Shown here one piece after another: positions 60,425 through 64,000 of a stretch of DNA of 64,000 bases; positions within the stretch are counted from its first letter, which is position 1; the number at the start of each line of letters is the position of its first letter. Below the pieces are notes generated by a model, which did not search any database, was not told where the DNA came from, and saw nothing but the letters and a program-made list of their open reading frames with translations. A program made the position numbers and the translations under genes. This DNA comes from Cyanobacteriota bacterium (GTDB lineage: Bacteria > Cyanobacteriota > Cyanobacteriia > PCC-6307 > Cyanobiaceae): assembly GCA_035285785.1 (NCBI GenBank), contig JAYKJF010000132.1:12776-76775 (forward strand), read 5' to 3'.

Positions 60425-61495
60425 TCATGTCACGTCCGCCAGCAGGCGATGCAGCAGCTCCGCGGCCCGATGGCTGCCATCCCCGCTCAAGCGTGGGGCA
60501 CGGGGAGCCAGCAGAGGCGCATCAAGGTCCCAGGCCCCCCTGCGAAAGGCCTCCTCGTCCAGAAAGCGATGCCAACCTTCGTCTTTCAAGGCCATTTCGA
60601 GCACGGGAGCCTCTGCGAATCCCTCCCGTCGCACCACGTGCAGCCCCACCCCTTGCTGAAACGCCTCGCAAAAACTGCTGTACCCCGGCTTGGTGATCAT
60701 GCGCGCCACCAAGGGCATCACATCGAGGGGGCGGAGATCCGGCGGCAGCAAGCGGCCGTTCGGGGCCTGGAGCAGGAGGGGATCCACGCCCACAAACACA
60801 TGGTCAGGCCAGAGGCTGAGCCAGGTGGGGTCCATCGCCATGCCCAACCCCCCAAAACTCACCAGCACACAGCGCTCCCGATCCGACGGCAAATTCAGGC
60901 GCTGGGCCACCAGCCCAGGGTCGACGCGGGGGGTGGAACTGGTGATGCCCAGATCCACACTGGGCACATCCCAGTCCATCGGCAGCGAAAGCGGGCAACG
61001 CAGCAGCAGGTCGCCCTGGCGATACCGGTCGAGGGCCAGGTCAGCCCAGGGAACAAAGGCCCCACCAATGGGGCGATAAATGGCATCCCAGCCGAAACTT
61101 GCCAACCAGATCAGGGAACAGTCGAGGCGCTTCGCCAGCAACGCCGCACTCGGAGGCACATCCGCCAGGATCAGGGGGCGCGATGGCTGAGCGGCCAGCC
61201 AGGCGGCTTCCGCCTCCACCTGGGCGGGTAACCGGCCCTCAAGCCCCTCCAGCGCTTTCAGCGTGCCGGCTGGATCCAGATCCAGGGCATTGGCCTGAAG
61301 CATCCCGATGTCCCAGCGGCAGGGCCTGAGCTCAAAGGGGGTGTCTCCCATCGCCAGCTGTAGAAAACCGGGGTCGACAGCCGTGGAGATCACCAACCGG
61401 CATTCCGGAGCCCTCCTGGCGAGCTCACAGAGCACAGACGCGGTACGGGAGGCATGACCGTATCCGTGGCTGCTGATGCAGGTGTAAAGCAACAT
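60425..61495 (-). CDS. GT-B glycosyltransferase-like protein
   Basis: ISSHGYGHASR, SFGWD, VSFGGLG, ITKPGYS, FAE. Confidence 0.82.
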   Translation of the reverse strand: MLLYTCISSHGYGHASRTASVLCELARRAPECRLVISTAVDPGFLQLAMGDTPFELRPCRWDIGMLQANALDLDPAGTLKALEGLEGRLPAQVEAEAAWLAAQPSRPLILADVPPSAALLAKRLDCSLIWLASFGWDAIYRPIGGAFVPWADLALDRYRQGDLLLRCPLSLPMDWDVPSVDLGITSSTPRVDPGLVAQRLNLPSDRERCVLVSFGGLGMAMDPTWLSLWPDHVFVGVDPLLLQAPNGRLLPPDLRPLDVMPLVARMITKPGYSSFCEAFQQGVGLHVVRREGFAEAPVLEMALKDEGWHRFLDEEAFRRGAWDLDAPLLAPRAPRLSGDGSHRAAELLHRLLADVT

Positions 61496-61503
61496 GAAGT
61501 TGT

Positions 61504-62397
61504 TCAGGGCCTGGGCAGGGGCCACAGCTGTTGCTCATACAGGAGAGTGCCGTCCAATCCGTACCAGCGGTGGGACACCTTCCGAATCTCTCCATGGGCC
61601 TCCAGCTGCACCCAGCTCAGGTGGCGCAGGGCCCTTCCCTGCAGATCCACCCCATGGCGCGGCACGGAGGCCGTGTTCAGATACATCGTGCCCTGGCGGT
61701 CCCGACAGAAGCTGACCCGCTCCCCACCACCCCTCCTGAGCTGGTGATGCATGTGCCCGAACACCACCAGAGGCACGGGACGCTCCCGGCGGATGCGGGC
61801 AATGGCCAGGGCCAGATCCTGATCCCCCCAGTCGCAGGCGGGCTGCTTCCAATCCCGTCCGCAGGGATCCTTAGCCTGGCTCCCAAGGCCCGCTGGCCCT
61901 GAGTGGGCGAGGAGCACCAGGGGCAGGGCGGGATCGGCCCGCAAGGCTGCCCCACAGATCCGTTCCACCGATTCTTCCAGCGCCACGGGGCCATAGACGG
62001 CCTGCATGGCCTTGGACAGGTGATAGCCACCCCCAGCCGTGCAGGGCCGGCCCCCCACCACCGCCAGCCCTGGCGGCCTCAGTTCCCGAAGACCCCAGCC
62101 ACAGTGCCTGTCCCCAAGAAGAGTGAGCTGGAGTTGCAACGATTCGCCCGTGGGATCTTGTCCTGAATCGTGGTTGCCGAGGACACAGGCCACAGGGAGG
62201 GGCAACCGGGCCAGTGACCGGGGAATTCTGCTCTTGCCATTGCTGAGATCCCCCACCACAAGCAAACCATCCGGTGCCAGTGCCAGAAGCAATTCCTCAT
62301 CGGAGCGATCCCATTGATCATGCAGATCTCCGGCAATCGCCACCTGAAGATCCGCTCCTTGAGGGAGGCAGTCTTTCCCCACTAGGCTTGACTCCAT
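61504..62397 (-). CDS. Metallophosphoesterase, TIGR04168/DevT-like
   Basis: GDLH, VGD, GNHD, AHSGP, FGHMH; start uncertain. Confidence 0.85.
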   Translation of the reverse strand: MESSLVGKDCLPQGADLQVAIAGDLHDQWDRSDEELLLALAPDGLLVVGDLSNGKSRIPRSLARLPLPVACVLGNHDSGQDPTGESLQLQLTLLGDRHCGWGLRELRPPGLAVVGGRPCTAGGGYHLSKAMQAVYGPVALEESVERICGAALRADPALPLVLLAHSGPAGLGSQAKDPCGRDWKQPACDWGDQDLALAIARIRRERPVPLVVFGHMHHQLRRGGGERVSFCRDRQGTMYLNTASVPRHGVDLQGRALRHLSWVQLEAHGEIRKVSHRWYGLDGTLLYEQQLWPLPRP

Positions 62398-62422
62398 GGA
62401 GTTGTCAGGACGGGACTGTCCC

Positions 62423-63436
62423 ATGGATGGAGGCCATCGCCAGGTTGGAGTGGTGGATCATCCTCAAGCGTCTTCCGTGGAGTTCTTGGGAGCAGGGGCG
62501 GGCTGCCCCCCGGCTGAGCATCTGCCTGAGGCCATTGCGGAGCTGAAAAAGAAGCGCAAGGCCATCATCCTGGCTCATTACTACCAGGACGCTGCGATCC
62601 AGGACGTGGCCGATGTGATCGGCGATTCCCTGGAGCTCTCCCGCCAGGCGGCGCGGACGGAAGCGGAGGTGATCGCCTTCTGCGGCGTGCATTTCATGGC
62701 CGAAACGGCCAAGATTCTCAATCCTGGCAAAATTGTGGTGGTCCCCGACCTGGACGCGGGCTGCAGTCTGGCCGACGCCTGCCCTCCAGAGGAGTTCGCC
62801 GCCTTCCGCGCCAAGCACCCCGACCATGTCGTGGTGAGCTACATCAATTGTTCAGCTGCCGTGAAGGCCCAGAGCGATTTGATCTGCACCAGCAGCAACG
62901 CGGTGAACCTGGTGCAGCAACTCCCTCCGGACCGCCCGATTCTTTTTGCACCGGACCAGAATCTCGGCCGCTGGGTGGCCCGTCAAAGCGGTCGCGATCT
63001 CACCCTCTGGCCGGGAAGCTGCATCGTGCACGAAACCTTCAGCGAGGAGGCCCTTCTGCGCTTGAAGCTGGACCATCCCGAGGCGGAGGTGATCGCCCAC
63101 CCGGAGTGCCAACCGCACCTCCTCGACCTGGCCGATTTCATCGGCTCCACCAGTCGGCTGCTGGAGAGGGCCCAGACCAGTCCGGCCCCCGCATTCCTGG
63201 TGCTCACCGAACCCGGCATCCTGCACCAGATGGAAAAAAGGGTTCCCGGGAAACGGTTCTATCCCGTTCCCGGGGTGGATGGCTGTTCCTGCAACATGTG
63301 CCCCTACATGCGCTTGAACACTCTGGAAAAGCTGTGGCGCTGCCTGGAGGATCTCCAGCCCCGTATCGAACTGGAGGAGGAGCTCCGCCAGCGCGCCCTG
63401 GTACCGATGGAGCGCATGCTGGCCATGAGTGCCTGA
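62423..63436 (+). CDS. nadA: Quinolinate synthase
   Basis: [37 protein letters not shown]; start uncertain. Confidence 0.97.
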   Translation: MDGGHRQVGVVDHPQASSVEFLGAGAGCPPAEHLPEAIAELKKKRKAIILAHYYQDAAIQDVADVIGDSLELSRQAARTEAEVIAFCGVHFMAETAKILNPGKIVVVPDLDAGCSLADACPPEEFAAFRAKHPDHVVVSYINCSAAVKAQSDLICTSSNAVNLVQQLPPDRPILFAPDQNLGRWVARQSGRDLTLWPGSCIVHETFSEEALLRLKLDHPEAEVIAHPECQPHLLDLADFIGSTSRLLERAQTSPAPAFLVLTEPGILHQMEKRVPGKRFYPVPGVDGCSCNMCPYMRLNTLEKLWRCLEDLQPRIELEEELRQRALVPMERMLAMSA

Positions 63437-64000
63437 ACCCACGCCGTCCGCAGGGGCCTTGCCGGCAGACGGGCCCCTGCGGCTCACCCCGGAGGGGCTG
63501 TATTGCGTGCCCGCCGGGGCCTGGATCGATCCCTGGAGGCCGGTGCCCCAGGCCCTGCTCACCCACGCCCATGCGGACCATGCGCGCCCTGGCAGTGGGC
63601 GCTACTGGGCCAGTACCGCCAGCGAAGGAGTGCTCCGAACCCGGCTTGGTGCCGAGATCACTCTCACCAGCGTGCCCTATGGGGCCGAGCTCAAGCTGGG
63701 GGACGCCCGCATCTCCTTCCATTCGGCGGGCCATGTGCTGGGGTCGGCCCAGATCCTGATCGAGGCGGCGGGAGAGCGCTGGCTGATCAGCGGTGATTAC
63801 AAACGGGATCCGGATCCAAGCTGCGCTCCCTTCACCCCCGTCCGCGCGGACGTGTTCATCAGTGAGGCCACCTTTGGATTGCCTCTCTACCGCTGGGTTC
63901 CAGGTGAGGAGGTGGCCAGGCAGATCCTGGACTGGTGGCAGAACACCCCTCACCTGCCCTCCGTGCTCTGTTGCTACGCCTTTGGTAAGGCACAACGGCT
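63429..64000 (+). CDS. Ligase-associated DNA damage response exonuclease (MBL fold), partial
   Basis: Not in the ORF track. Manual translation: [47 protein letters not shown]. Confidence 0.9.
   Translation, partial: MPEPTPSAGALPADGPLRLTPEGLYCVPAGAWIDPWRPVPQALLTHAHADHARPGSGRYWASTASEGVLRTRLGAEITLTSVPYGAELKLGDARISFHSAGHVLGSAQILIEAAGERWLISGDYKRDPDPSCAPFTPVRADVFISEATFGLPLYRWVPGEEVARQILDWWQNTPHLPSVLCCYAFGKAQR

Noticed and set aside
1-64000. CRISPR arrays, IS elements, rRNA, retrons or other reverse transcriptase loci
   Set aside because: No repeat-spacer periodicity, and no transposase, integrase, RT or rRNA signatures seen; intergenic gaps are too short

Overview
High-GC, gene-dense core-chromosome segment of a picocyanobacterium, most like Cyanobium or freshwater Synechococcus (inferred from gene content and order). 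It holds about 63 protein-coding genes, including nifS-like, dapF, hfq, leuS, pgi, purN, argC, ribBA, mtnP, murQ, dnaJ/dnaK3, pstCAB, hisZ, htpG, a sugar ABC operon, rpmB, psaK, dxs, ilvA, scpB, pyk, ftsH, clpP, psb29, cofH-like, petN, clpS, purK, aroB and nadA. It also has tRNA-Ser(GGA), a 6S RNA downstream of purK, a likely Pho box and several terminators. I found no integrase, transposase, CRISPR array, prophage or recognisable defence island, and I cannot claim a clearly new multi-gene system. The best leads are: (1) a structured leader with a repeated motif upstream of a GH104 muramidase, a candidate cis-regulatory RNA; (2) a 54-aa membrane ORF missed by the ORF track that links petN to a divergent cofH-like gene; (3) a Cys4 domain fused to DapF just upstream of a cysteine desulfurase; (4) a GluR0-like channel with a degenerate filter; (5) an orphan wHTH-TPR regulator; (6) an SLT-like hypothetical protein. 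All calls come from motif recognition by eye with no database searches, and start codons are best guesses.
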